The notes: a model not told the origin generated them from the sequence alone. 64,000 bases of DNA from Chrysomallon squamiferum (GCA_012295275.1 CM022672.1:25234001-25298000), one strand, 5' to 3'; counted from the stretch's first letter, positions 26,701 to 38,957 are shown. Numbers and translations: made by a program.

Positions 26701-29063
26701 CAAAGCAAACAAGTATTACACAAAATAGATGAAAGACAGTTGTCTGTTGTGTTTGAAATAGAGGTAGGAATCAATATTAATATTAGTGTTGCTGTCAAGA
26801 ATCTTTTTTGTATAAAACCTGTAAAGCAGTTTTTTAATTCAGTTTTCTTTGATGGTTGATGAGACCTGGCAAATGTTTTAAAATGCTGACACAATCAAAT
26901 GACTTACCTTGAACTTGAGGATGAACCCGATTCTGATGAATACGACCTCTGTCTCCTGCTTCGATCCCTGCCTCGTGACTGAGATCGTGACCGAGAGCGA
27001 GATCTTGACCGGCTGCGTGTTGATGATCTGAAACTTTTAGGATATCTGTCATCTTTGTCAGCAAAGTTGTCCCGCGAAGTGGTCCCATCATAGCGCGTAC
27101 TGTTTGTAAAACAGCTGTGATAAGCAGGCAGCTTGCTGTACATTCCGGCAGAATCGCGAGTTGGGGAAGGGTCACGTGATATGTAGTCCAGAATTGTTAT
27201 TCCTTTATTGTTTTCCTGTTTCTTCTTCGGAGGTCTAGGAGGAATGGACAGATCAGTGCAGTATGAAGGCAGCTTGTCGAAATATTTATCAGACACGTAC
27301 ATCGGACTTTCTTCTCTCTTTTCTCTGTAGTTCTTTTTGCCTCCTTTATTTCTTTTCGTGAATTTTTTAGACCTGTCAGACCTATCCTCTTCAACATCCT
27401 CTTTGTTATCACAACTGTTGTAATTACAATCCTCCACCACTTCCCCTTCCTCCAGATTGTCACAGATATTTTGCATTGGGCCCACAGAACTGATTCCGGA
27501 CAAATTGTCAAGAGTTGTATTATTACTACCACAAGATGGCTCCTCGCTTATTTCAACTTCACTGCCAACGTAACTTGCATCAACGTCTGTATTCAAATCT
27601 ACACTAATCTCAACCTCATTGATGAAAGGCAGTGAAGCTGCTGCCGTTGTCACAGTGGCAGTAGCTGTAGTCACAGGCACTGAGCAATAATCATGATCCA
27701 GAACTGAATTATTTACACCAATTCCATTTCTATCATCCTGTTTAGACATTTTGTCAAAAACTGAATTTGTGCTTAAACTGGGACTTGACTGACTTTTGTG
27801 CAAACCTGGAGAAATAATTTTCTCTATCACATATTTCTTTGGTGATGGTGTGACCGACCTGGCCACTGTTTTCTGCACACTGTGAAGGAGAGTCTGAAGG
27901 CTGTGTTGTCTGCCGACCTTTCTTTGGCAGGTTTGCCATCATCACAGGCAGCATAATTGCCAACTTTCTCTTGCGTCGAGCTCGAATTTTCTCCAAAACC
28001 TCAGGTAGAGGATTTGTGCCTGAAATTAAACATACATTTTTTTTGTTTCCAGATTTTTTTTTGTTTTATCTTATTACTATTACTATACATCATCTTTTAT
28101 TATAGACATTTTCTTTTTATATATCTCTTACTATTCAGTTTTTACTCAAATATAGTGCTTCTTAAATTGGTGATAAAATTTACAAATTAAAATAATTTTT
28201 ACTCAAAATCAGTTTCCATGATTGTTAAATTGGTGATAAAATTTACCAGTTAAAAGATTTGTTTTTATTATATTGTTTCCATTGTAAACAATTTCCTCTG
28301 AAATATACTGTATTAAATGGTAGTTCTTAAACTGATGAATGGAAATATTTATGAGATTCAATTAAAAAAAGCTGATAACCTACCTTTTCCACATTTCTTT
28401 GGTATACTGGAAAGGAAAAAAAAAAAAAAAAAAAAAAACAAGTATTATATTTCACCAAGCATTAAAAATACAATTAATGTGCCCAGAAGAATATCAAATA
28501 TTTTAAAACAAATCTAAAATATGTAATTACTATCAAAAATACTATCCAATTATCTTTGAAAAGGTCTTGTAAAAATAAAGCCCTCTGGTATACATACCTG
28601 TTTGTTGTTTGTGAAACTGGCTTTTCCTCTGTTTTGTTTTCATTTGACTGTCTGTATTGTGATGAGTGGTCAGTTTTGTCCAGATGTTGTGACACTGCAA
28701 CAAAATAAAGCCAAATTACTCAAAATGTATCTAGTAAAGTTCCTACTGAAACATGAGATTTTTCTGAAGAAACTTTAAGGTTTTTTAAAATTACTTTCTA
28801 AATAAAGGTGTTATTTTTATGTTTGCTCAGTTATAAAAACATTTCCAAAGGTTCCTCAATAAATAATAATTTTCCACTTTTTCTACAATATTAAAATACA
28901 CTTGACATACCATCTTCAAACTGCACCAACAAACTTCCAAGGTCCTTAGCCTCAATCCCTAGAAAACAAATCTTTAGTCTTAACTGGGGGAAAAATATAA
29001 TAAAGAATAAATATATATAAAAATATTGATATCTAATAGATAAAGGAATAACATGTAAGAAAA

Positions 29064-29118
<55 letters not shown>

Positions 29119-29482
29119 ATTTACTATTAATTTTTTCCAATAAAATCACCAATATAAAAACCCCATCAAAAGAAAACAATTCACCCTACAAATCAGTAAT
29201 AAATGCAGGAATAATTATAACGTAAAAAAGCACCCAAAAACCCCACAAACATTTCTTGTACAACTGAATAAATAAATTTTTCATTTTAATATAGTATTTT
29301 AATCATACTAAAAAGACAATTCACCCTAAAGCAGTAACATGCACAAGAATTTAAATCATTAAATACAGTCGGATAAATAAAATTAGAAATGTTGATGTAA
29401 AATACACACCACCCCAGGAAGACAGTTCAGGAGCACTGCTGTTTGAATCTTCTGACACCTCACTAGCCACTCCGGATGACAT
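23594..29482 (-). CDS. PPRC1: PGC-1 family transcriptional coactivator (PPRC1/PPARGC1/spargel-like), multi-exon
   Basis: Phase-consistent GT-AG exons: 29410-29482 (probable ATG), 28911-28958 (GIEAKDLGSLLVQFE), 28598-28694, 28384-28406, 26908-28019 (DHDYC motif, RS region; contains a +1 frame break), 26386-26454, 25883-25970, 25032-25153, 24578-24636, 24113-24199, 23594-23706. The C-terminal RRM EERRIVYVGKI...YGFVTF...FDLCFGGRREFC and terminal DFDQLLKQAQ are diagnostic of the family. The start codon is less certain. Confidence 0.93.
24113..24199 (-). CDS. PPRC1: PGC-1-like RRM exon (GNDIPGEQKFDLCFGGRREFCDVDYQDL)
   Basis: AG/GT boundaries, phase 1-1, conserved FDLCFGGRR motif. Confidence 0.95.
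24578..24636 (-). CDS. PPRC1: PGC-1-like RRM exon (DNYGFVTFAYTCDAYAAIE)
   Basis: AG/GTAAGG boundaries, phase 2-1, RNP1 motif YGFVTF. Confidence 0.95.
24807..24940 (-). ncRNA. Intronic box H/ACA snoRNA candidate, copy A
   Basis: Hairpin (CCTCTCCA/TGGGAGG; GAGA-CACAG/CTGTG-TCTC), H box ACAGAA, second hairpin (TCAACCTGT/ATGGGTTGA; CTTTACAC/GTGTGAAG), then ACA; about 134 nt, sense to the host gene, duplicated in the adjacent intron. Confidence 0.8.
25032..25153 (-). CDS. PPRC1: PGC-1-like RRM exon (EERRIVYVGKIPDGHTRKQLRARFSRFGEIESVSTHFREN)
   Basis: TAG/GTAATG boundaries, phase 0-2, RNP2 motif VYVGKI. Confidence 0.95.
25635..25768 (-). ncRNA. Intronic box H/ACA snoRNA candidate, copy B
   Basis: 132 of 133 nt identical to copy A (25638-25770 versus 24810-24942); identity stops at the ACA box. 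Confidence 0.8.
25883..25970 (-). CDS. PPRC1: PGC-1-like exon (YSSSPRSRSTERYRRERKRLKAEEKRKQI)
   Basis: AG/GTAAGT boundaries, phase 2-0; basic helix preceding the RRM. Confidence 0.9.
26386..26454 (-). CDS. PPRC1: PGC-1-like RS-rich exon
   Basis: CCCAG/GTGAGA boundaries, phase 2-2, SWSYSSTSSSSRSRSRSSSRDS. Confidence 0.9.
26908..28019 (-). CDS. PPRC1: PGC-1-like large exon (entry frame PLPEVLEKIRARRKRK; downstream frame DHDYC, acidic region, RS domain), with one net extra base
   Basis: Acceptor TTTAATTTCAG ending at 28020, donor GTAAGT at 26907. ORFs 27754-27996 and 26904-27878 overlap in different frames. Confidence 0.85.
28384..28406 (-). CDS. PPRC1: 23-nt microexon of the PGC-1-like gene (S-IPKKCGK-G)
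   Basis: Long poly-T tract plus CCTTTCCAG acceptor and AAG|GTAGGT donor; converts phase 2 to phase 1, which is needed to enter the PLPEVLEKIR frame. Confidence 0.8.
28598..28694 (-). CDS. PPRC1: PGC-1-like exon (VSQHLDKTDHSSQYRQSNENKTEEKPVSQTTN)
   Basis: TTGCAG/GTATGT boundaries, phase 1-2. Confidence 0.85.
28911..28958 (-). CDS. PPRC1: PGC-1-like exon (GIEAKDLGSLLVQFED)
   Basis: TTCTAG/GTATGT boundaries, phase 1-1; resembles the PPRC1 GIEASDLSSLLEQFE motif (contains LxxLL). Confidence 0.9.
29410..29482 (-). CDS. PPRC1: Probable first coding segment of the PGC-1-like gene (MSSGVASEVSEDSNSSAPELSSWG); exon spans 29410-29503
   Basis: TTTCAG acceptor ending at 29504, GTGTGT donor in phase 1; an in-frame TGA at 29492-29494 precedes the ATG. 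Confidence 0.65.
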
Positions 29483-30308
29483 ACTGCTATCTCATATGTA
29501 AATCTGAAATACAGTTTACTTTCAATCAGAAAATAACGCTCAACACCAAACAGCTGATACACGACTGTTTTACTGACAAAAGGGGGAAAAAAATAACAGC
29601 AACCAGCTAACAAGAAAATATAGTCAGCTGTTTAAATACACTGAAATATATACACATACAAAACTAATGGCTGCTAGATTTTATTTTATGGTTATAATAA
29701 CAAGGTACAATGAAATCAATTACGTAAAGAGTACTATTACTGTATATTCCAAATTTAAACCCCAGTGAACAATTATCTATTGTAACTTTTTCAAAATGGT
29801 AAGATCCATTGTTCTGCCAGTAATATTACTATTGATTAATTAGTGAACATAGTAAAAAATACTTGACATTGTCTAGCTTCAGATACATTTCTGTGAATAG
29901 TATTATTTGTATCAAAACTTAACTGGAGGAAACCAGCAGCAGATATCTGCAACAGCCTCACCCTTTTAATGTTTAACATGCTAACCATACCACTTCCCAG
30001 CTGATGCAGAACTGTTCTGAATTCTGCTAAATTTCTACATGTTAATTATTTTAGGATTGTTTCATGAAGATCTACTACATTTCTTCAACAAAGGGTTTCA
30101 TTTTATTATGACCAAAATAAAATTTGAATAGTGAAACTAATGCGCTTTGGTAGCAATTACATGTACTGTTAAGTTATGTGTTTAGACAATGCATTTATTT
30201 TCAAGCTTTTTTTTGTAACAATTTCTGTTGATCGTTTAGTAAAACTAAAAAAAATCAGACTGCAGTGTTTGTAACTATATAAATTTTAAGAAATCTTGAC
30301 AATCTCAC

Positions 30309-30378
30309 TGCAGCATTTTTACATCTACTGCCTTTTGAATAATCAGATGGATCCATATCCCATCTTTATGTACTCAGT
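30309..30378 (-). other. Probable 5' UTR exon of the PGC-1-like gene carrying upstream ATGs
   Basis: GGTTTTTCAG acceptor, GCA|GTGAGA donor; two ATGs inside. Confidence 0.5.
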
Positions 30379-30924
30379 CTGAAAAACCCACATAGTTTTG
30401 TCATACCGTATTAACTGAATCAGTTTATCAAAGCCTATAGTATGTGCATTATACACTACCACATATTTAACACATCTATCACTATGTGGTTGATAATATC
30501 ACTAAAGCAGACTGAACACTGATATCTTAAAATATACTTCAATATCACATCAATTTAATCAAATCAATAAATTTCAGATTTATTATTTTTGTGTACATAG
30601 AATTCTTGAATGTATTAAATAACAGCTTGAACATTTCAAAGTTTACATTTATTATGAGTAACCGTCATGCTCATTTTTCAATCAAATTTACAATGTAATG
30701 ATTTTTTTTTAAATTAAAGTACTCTAAAAGGACCCTGATAATTTCAAACATTTCTATAATTTTTGGTGCCTGCTAATCTCACCTAGTTTATTTTTTTTTC
30801 CATTTCACAAATGATATATTTCAGTAATGATAGTCTGCTTCTGTTTATAAACTTAAATATAAGTAAAAGAAACATTAAGAAATTTGCACAGAAGAAATTA
30901 CACAAAATACTCATCATAATTCTT

Positions 30925-30959
<35 letters not shown>

Positions 30960-32669
30960 CAACTGCAAATACAAGGAGACATCCAGGGCTGAACAAAGTT
31001 CTAACTGGTTATTTGGCAAAAAGGATGATCAAATCTCATTGAGCCTACATATTAAAATTCCAAATAAAGCATTCTGGCACTGATGCACACTACATGGTAG
31101 ATATTTGAGATTTATATTCAGGAATTTAACTTCATTAAAAATAGGCTAAATAGTCCATGCCTATGTGGGTTCTTTTTTTCTGTTTTTTTTTAAACACTAG
31201 GGAATGTTGACAGCAATTTCTGTAATGGAAGTATTTTCCTGCACAAATATCAACTTGTACCAAGATTACTTCCAATCTGGTGATCTGTAAAGTACTGTTA
31301 CAATAAGACATTTCCTAGAACACTACAGAATGTTCACAGTATCTAAGATTTGTTTTGACGTTGATGGACTAAACACAAGCAGGTGGTGAAGTGCAATATG
31401 TTAATCTCACCACAAAGTGGAACAGCATAAAATTCAGTTTGCACTTGGAAAAAAATCACTCTGCAAGTTATGTGCATGTAGGTATTTTTAAAATGATTGT
31501 ATCATTAAAACACATCAATGTATAAATTATTATCACTGCGTTTACAAATTACAGAAAAAGTTTTTTTTTTAAAAGTAAAATTTTATATCTCTGTCTCTTT
31601 AATTTTTAATGCTGTAGTCACCGACAATATCATCTATCATTACAAATGCAGATATGTTTTAACTTGTAACATTAAACATCTGCTTTCTCTGTTGAATATA
31701 GTTTTTACAACTAATGTAAATAAACCATTTTGGCTGACAGTTGTGTAATCAAATACTGCCATTTGATGGGGTGTTTTTTTCTGTTTCAATACATTATATA
31801 TTTATACAAATTAATTCTCTTTATCTTTAGCTATGGTACAATTTTAACTTGTTATGCTGAATATGTTAGTTATGATTTTTAAGGGAGATAAAAATGTAAT
31901 GAACTATCGTTACTATGATATCAGCATTATTTCAATTAAGTTGAGAAGAAAAAACCCAGAAAAAAACAGCTACAATTACAGGTATTTTCAGAACAAAATA
32001 TTGCCATTTTAAACATCATTAAATACTTGAAATATACTTAATACATGTGTACAAATTAATTATTAACCAAAACACGGTGCCTCTGACTCGGAACTCTTAA
32101 TATTCTTACATTGATTAAATTTAACGAAATTAAAATGAAATTTTGTTTGGTACTATTTCAGCAATGCTATCTTGCGATTTCAGTTATATTCTTTTTTGTT
32201 AACAGTCGAAACGCATTTGCAGTAAAAACAATTTATCAGCACCATTTGAAGCACTTATTAACAGTCTGGGGTCAATTAATTATCGTACACGGTGCAGTGT
32301 ATTCCGTTACTGTCGTGACCATGCATTTAGTTGAACGTAAGAGTTCATAAACATTCTGGCTTTAAAATGAGTAGTTCTCAAATGCAATATACGGAAAAAA
32401 AAAAAAGAAGTGCATCGTTTCAAACATCTGTAACAGCGTTTGTCGGGCATCACTGTCGCTGTAAATCTATCACAGCACGTGGCAAAAAACCAAAACATTT
32501 CACTAAAATTATCATTAAAGATTAAATAAAGCATGTCTCCTTTTTCAAATACTCTACCATTAGAGATAGATATCATGTTTTGCTTTCAGCTATAAAGCAT
32601 TACGATTATTTCTAAATCTATAGTATAAATAAAAGATATTCCAGACACATATCGAAACTACTTCCAGAC

Positions 32670-32760
32670 ACCTACCTCTCGCGTGGGAGAAATGACGTCG
32701 CTCTCACCAATCTCGCAAAATCTCGGCTGAAAATCTCGTGACAAAACACTGTTATTGAGT
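32670..32760 (-). promoter_or_regulatory. Probable promoter/first exon of the PGC-1-like gene within a CpG-rich island (about 32060-33120)
   Basis: GAG|GTAGGT donor at 32675; several TCTCG(C/G/T) variants of the TCTCGCGAGA promoter palindrome; TGACGTCG at 32693-32700; CCAAT at 32707-32711. Confidence 0.65.
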
Positions 32761-33174
32761 GTTAATTCTGACTTTAGTGACAACGGTTTGGGTCAAGGCT
32801 TTCAAAAGTATGGTCCGTGATTTCATTTTATAGGGCACGTCAACAGTTTCTTAAAGCAGTAATACATATTTTAATACGCGAATCACTATTATTATTATTA
32901 TTTAATTCGATCAGAAATTTGACGGCGCCTTATCGACGAAATAAAAATCTTCTTGGGTCTGGCACTCTTTCTCAAATATTCATTGTTGTGAGAAATAAAA
33001 AATAAAAATAAAATTCATTTATGAATATCTACTTATTTTAACCAAATATTTTTTAGCTTTTGAAGAAGGTAACTGATACGATTACTGGATTTCGCCTACA
33101 CAGCCCAAAGTACGAATTCTTTTTTGTTTAGTATTACCTCATTTAATAATAATAATAATAACAGGAAAAAATGC

Positions 33175-33178
<4 letters not shown>

Positions 33179-33235
<57 letters not shown>
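33179..33235. repeat. (AT)n microsatellite
   Basis: Directly visible. Confidence 0.97.
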
Positions 33236-33239
<4 letters not shown>

Positions 33240-34424
33240 ATAATTAAACTTTCCATGATAAACTACATGACTGATTTAACGAAAATACACAAAGCAGACA
33301 GGACCTAATGTACCAGAAAATATATCAACAGCTGTTAAGAGAATTACAGTAAATTCAGGCGAGAAGCATGTTCATCTCAAGTCCAAAATTTAAAGAAATA
33401 ATTATATTGCTTTCAACCAGTCACCCATTTACTGTTGTCATTATTCAGATATTGGGCAGTGCTTTTATTTTACAATATTTCCTCTGTAGATGAAGTAAAC
33501 AAGTATGTGAAAGACGAATATACTGATGCAAGAATAGGTACATTATTTTGTGGAGGGTATGCTAAATTTTAAAGTGTAATACATTATCTATTGGATATTA
33601 AAAATAACAACAACAACAAAACAAAAACAAAAAAACCCAAACCCTAACTAAACTAAACTAATAATAATAATCTTATTATTGTTAATTTATTACAGTATAC
33701 ATCAAGAAAGATAACTCTTCTACAACTGTTAATGTAGTAATAATCGTCAAAACAGATTTAGTACTAACAAAGCTGCACATTCCAATTCAAACCAGATCAC
33801 GTCATGATTAAAACAACACAAGGAGATGAACAGTCCTCCTGACAGAATTAAACAGGCTAGTTCCATCTATCCAGATATACCTTGTCTTTCAAATTAACAC
33901 TACATTAATTACAAAATCAGTTACATACTATTGTATTTATAGCACTTTAAGTTCAAATCAGTTTGTTAGAAGTTTAATTTTATTTCATGTTATTATTTTC
34001 TTTCTCAAAGAATGGAACTCTATTATTTTATTTTTACAAAATTAAATCTGCTAGTTATGAATGTTTTTTGTTTTGACCACTTTTCTGTGAAATTGTTGGG
34101 CCACTCATCTTTAGTCAATAACCACACATATTTGAGCCTAATAGCATTAATAAGATATAAAACAATATGTTGTTACACCATTATGTATTGCACCAAATGT
34201 TATGAACAAAATATAAAAAACAGACACGTTTTAAATTTGCGCTGACACATTTATTAATTGGTACAGAAAACTTTCATTTACAAATTAGTTACATATATAT
34301 ATATATGATTACATATTCAGTTTTCTACATAAGTCATAGAAAAAAAAAATTTAGACAAAATAATTTACACTTTAGACTGTCACTGTAAAAAATATGTGGT
34401 TTGTCCTGTTTCAAACTAAGTGTT

Positions 34425-34465
<41 letters not shown>

Positions 34466-34604
34466 TACAATAATAAAAATAATAAATTACAATATGGCTA
34501 AATCAGCTTTGTATTTTCTTTTCTCTCTGTTTCAGGATTTTTGATAATAATAGAGAACCATGAAAACATTGACAGAAAGTTATTAAAAAAAAAGCTCATT
34601 TATT

Positions 34605-34643
<39 letters not shown>

Positions 34644-36748
34644 CAAGATCAGTTTCAATATGTCATATATTATAATTATTTTTGGTAATTTCTAATGCTG
34701 TATAAATTTTAATAAACAAAGTACATTTACTACCAAATGTATTGTTATTATTATTATTATTATTATTATTAATTTCATTTAAATAGTTTTTCATTTTAAA
34801 TCATAATCTTCAAAAAATAAATAAAATAATAACACATAAACAATAATTAAAATAATATAAAATAAATAAATAAAAATAAAAATAAATATAAATATAACCA
34901 AAAAAAAGGATAAAAAAAGAAATGAAAAAAACCCCAAAACAGTTAACACGAAACAAAATTTATATTGAGGTAGAATATTGAAATTTAAGTTTGAAATTTG
35001 ATTTCAGTATGTTGTCAACAACAAATACAACATTGTAACAAACAAGAACAACATCTATAATCTGCAGTATGAAGTTTGCTGGGGGGGATGGGTACAGAAA
35101 ATATTGCGCACAAATTTTGTCATGGAACAACTGCTGAATTTAGGATGATGTACAGTGGCACACCAACCTCACAATGCTGCCATTAACTCAATCAGGCAAA
35201 AAAACCAAATAATAATAATAATGATAATTAAAAAAAAAAAATAATAATAATAAATCTCGTTTTCCAAACATATATCAAAGTATTCAGCAAATTTATTTAT
35301 TTTTATTATTTTATGAAGAGGTGGTATTAACAAAGAACCTTTAAACATTTAGTTTACGTTATTTAGATTGTCCGATTTGTTATTATTATAGTCCAATCTT
35401 TGCCAATAATGAAGTCTGACATAATAATGTCCATAGAGATGAATGCATTTGTGGTCTACTTTTTTCCCCCTTATTAAATCACATAAAAATAGAATATATA
35501 TAATAATAATAAATAATAATAAGATGAAGAAGAAAAAAAAAATGAAGAAAATGAAGAAAGTAGTAAGCAGAATAAATCAAAATTCTGTAAGAAAACTTGC
35601 AAGACATTACGTTATACAACAACCTTCATGAATAATCATAAGCTTATTGATTGTCATACTTTATTATTAGCAAAGACTAGTGTTGCTGTTTAATCAAAAA
35701 TACACTTGAAAAATAAACAAACAATATTTATTCGGCTTCTTATGCCAACGTAGTAGTAGCACTTTAATAATAAATAAATATCCTGTAGACTGAGTATTTT
35801 TATAGTTCACTTTTTTCAGAAACTTCAGAAATATTCAAAACAGAACAATAATAGTAATAAAAATGAAAATGAGAAAAAGAACTGAGTATATTAGACATCA
35901 AACAGTGAAATTTTAACTGCTAACAAAATATTCTAGATTTAAAAAAAAATATGTTTTCATATATAATAAACTGAATTACATTTCAATAAATACCTGAATA
36001 GTTGGCAAAAAAGAAGAAAAACAATAACAAAAAAATAATTACATTATTCAAAGCTCAGAGTAAAAGTTACAATATAGACTATAGTATGTATTTGTTGATT
36101 ATGCAAAGTTCTACTGAACAGCTGTAAAAAATGAAGCAGTAAATTCATGACTTCAAATTAAATTATGTCAAAAATATGGATAACAATTAATATTTTGATT
36201 AGTATTATTTTGACATATATTGATATTATACAGTCTGCCAGAGCCTGGAAAATTATGAAAGCAATATAAGTTATAACAAATATTTATATACAGTTTGGTA
36301 TAATTTGTTTTCTTACTCAGGTTTATATAACATGACAAAATATACATATAAATAGTGAAAATTCAAAATATGCCTTTATTCAAAAAAAAAAAGAATTGTG
36401 GTTTATAATACAGAAAATAAAAAAAATAAAAAAAAAAAATAAATAAATAAATAAATAAAAAAGATTAAACAAAACCCCTTGCATAGAAGTTAATAAAATT
36501 TGTGATAACAATAATTCTGAAACACCGCAAAAATATTCTTGCAAGTGGAAAGGTAAAAATTGAAAGAAAATGAATCAGAAGATTAATGATCTTAATTTTG
36601 TGTATGAAAAAAAAGGTTACAAAAACGTGATCATAGTGGTAGTCTTGGTAATGGTTTTATTATGCTTGCCAAACACTCAACAAAATAAATAAATAACTAA
36701 AAATAAAATTATCAACTGAAATTTCTTGCCCTGCAAACTTAGGATATT

Positions 36749-36784
<36 letters not shown>

Positions 36785-38284
36785 CATCTAATTTTATTTC
36801 TGCATTCAGGCAGGTCAAACTAATCCATAAATGCTAATATATCTCTCAAACTACACTGACTAATAAAAGTGTTTGCATAATTATGATAAACATGCAAACA
36901 ATTTTGGTATGCTGTTATAAAGATAATTTTAAAAACATTAATAATCACATTTTATTACCAGTTCAATGCTCTAGATGAACATGAAATGGACTCTAAAGCT
37001 ATATAAATATCTGTAAAAGAAAAAGAAGAAAGAAAATTTGACTATTAAATCGTGGTACAGTATATATGTGGATATATAATTATATTATATCAAATTATTT
37101 TGATTGCCTAATAATTCACTAACCTTAACAAACACTGAAAATATATCACTAGAAAATACACAGTTATTAAAGTTTATTTTTTAAGAAAGAAGAATAAAAA
37201 GTTATAGTAAACCAATAAACAAGTTTATTAATATTATTATCTCAAAATCAAATTAAATGCAGTCACTCAAACTTTTTGTGTAGTTTTGTTTTACCTTTCC
37301 TAGCATTATCTAGCATAACATACTTTCACAACATAGCTGAGTCACCCATAAACTGCTTGTGAAATTAATAATGCACACAGTTTATCATTATTAATCTGAC
37401 GAAATCAATAAATGTACAGTATACAGCTAAAATGTCGAAACTGCTCACATGCTGGATTCATTATAAATAAACCTTCATGTTGCAGGACATTTGTAACATG
37501 TCATTTATAGTTATTAGTCAGCTCTAACAAGGATTTTACAACATATTTCAAGAGGCAACGTTGGAATCCACAACAAAAACCTTTCTCAAACTCTTCCACA
37601 AAAAATGCTGTAGCCTTGTAAATGTTACAGCTAAACAGCAAAGTGTATTGTAATGGCCAGCTTATTCTTTGTATATTTTTGTTGATTGGGTGTCAAATTT
37701 ATTATCGATTCCTAAAGATCAGGTCACAATAGCAAGTTTCAAGCTAGCACTGAAAAATGGTAATATATCACAATTTTTCAGTTCTAATGGAAAAGGCGAT
37801 GTCCATGATTTTCTTTCTATGCTAAGTATATTATATATATTTTAAAATGTAATTACTTCATTAATGAGGACATTTTCTTGTTATTTCTTCTTTTGTCTTA
37901 ATTACAGTTTCCTAAAAATATATGAGTTTCAGAATTTTGTACAGTTACTGATAATCAATCAACTGGACATATTTTTGCATGACACAGGCTATAGAGATGG
38001 TAGTCATACAAAAATGAAGCTTATAAAGCAAGGAAAAAGAATATCTGCATCCCAAAAATGAGACTAAATTCCATGTGCAAATACATGTATCAAAATTATT
38101 AACAGCCTTCAAGATCATTCCTAGGCACCAACAGAAGAATTTAGAAGGCAGGTGCAAATGAATTCAAACTTAATAGAACAAATATGACAATGTGGAATAG
38201 GTACTATACTTGTTTTAAGATTTAAAAAAATTGTATTATAACGTTTGGAAATTATGCATTTTTTAAAATACTGACTAATTATAA

Positions 38285-38316
<32 letters not shown>

Positions 38317-38808
38317 TTGTCATGGATTTCACTGAATGAAGGGTAAAGCACTGATATATTAATAAAGTTTGAAAAAAATTTCCATCATCTCATTATTCCT
38401 TAGTTGTGTCACACCAAGTTAATTGTGAAAAAAAAAAAAATAATAATAATAAAAAATAAACAAGAAGTGTGAAGAAATCTAAAATGAAACATTTTTTTTT
38501 TATATTTAAACATTTCTCTTATCCCTGATGAACAAATCTGTAATGATAAACATTTTCATTCATTATCTTTACAAAGATAAAGTTCTTAGGTATGTTTTCA
38601 ATCAAAAATTTCTCTTTCATTTTCATGTTTTTAAATAAAAATTTGCTTTACATTTGAAACAATTATTTCACATCAAGAACTGCCTTCACCGAATTCACAT
38701 CTGGAATCCAATTTCAGGAAGAAAACTATCAATTACAAAAAAAACACATTCTGATGAGTAATAAAAATATCTGGATATACATACATACATACATTCATGC
38801 ACACATAC

Positions 38809-38842
<34 letters not shown>

Positions 38843-38957
38843 AAAAAAGAAAAAAAAAGAAGATATGAATGAATTGTAATCACTTTGTCGAAATGAAAGA
38901 CCAGCCAGGCAACAAAACAGACGAAAAAAATGTAATGATGAAACGTGCTGCTTGCTG

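Noticed and set aside
29492-29494. In-frame UGA as selenocysteine
   Set aside because: No SECIS was recognised and PGC-1 proteins are not selenoproteins; a uORF stop or an error is simpler.
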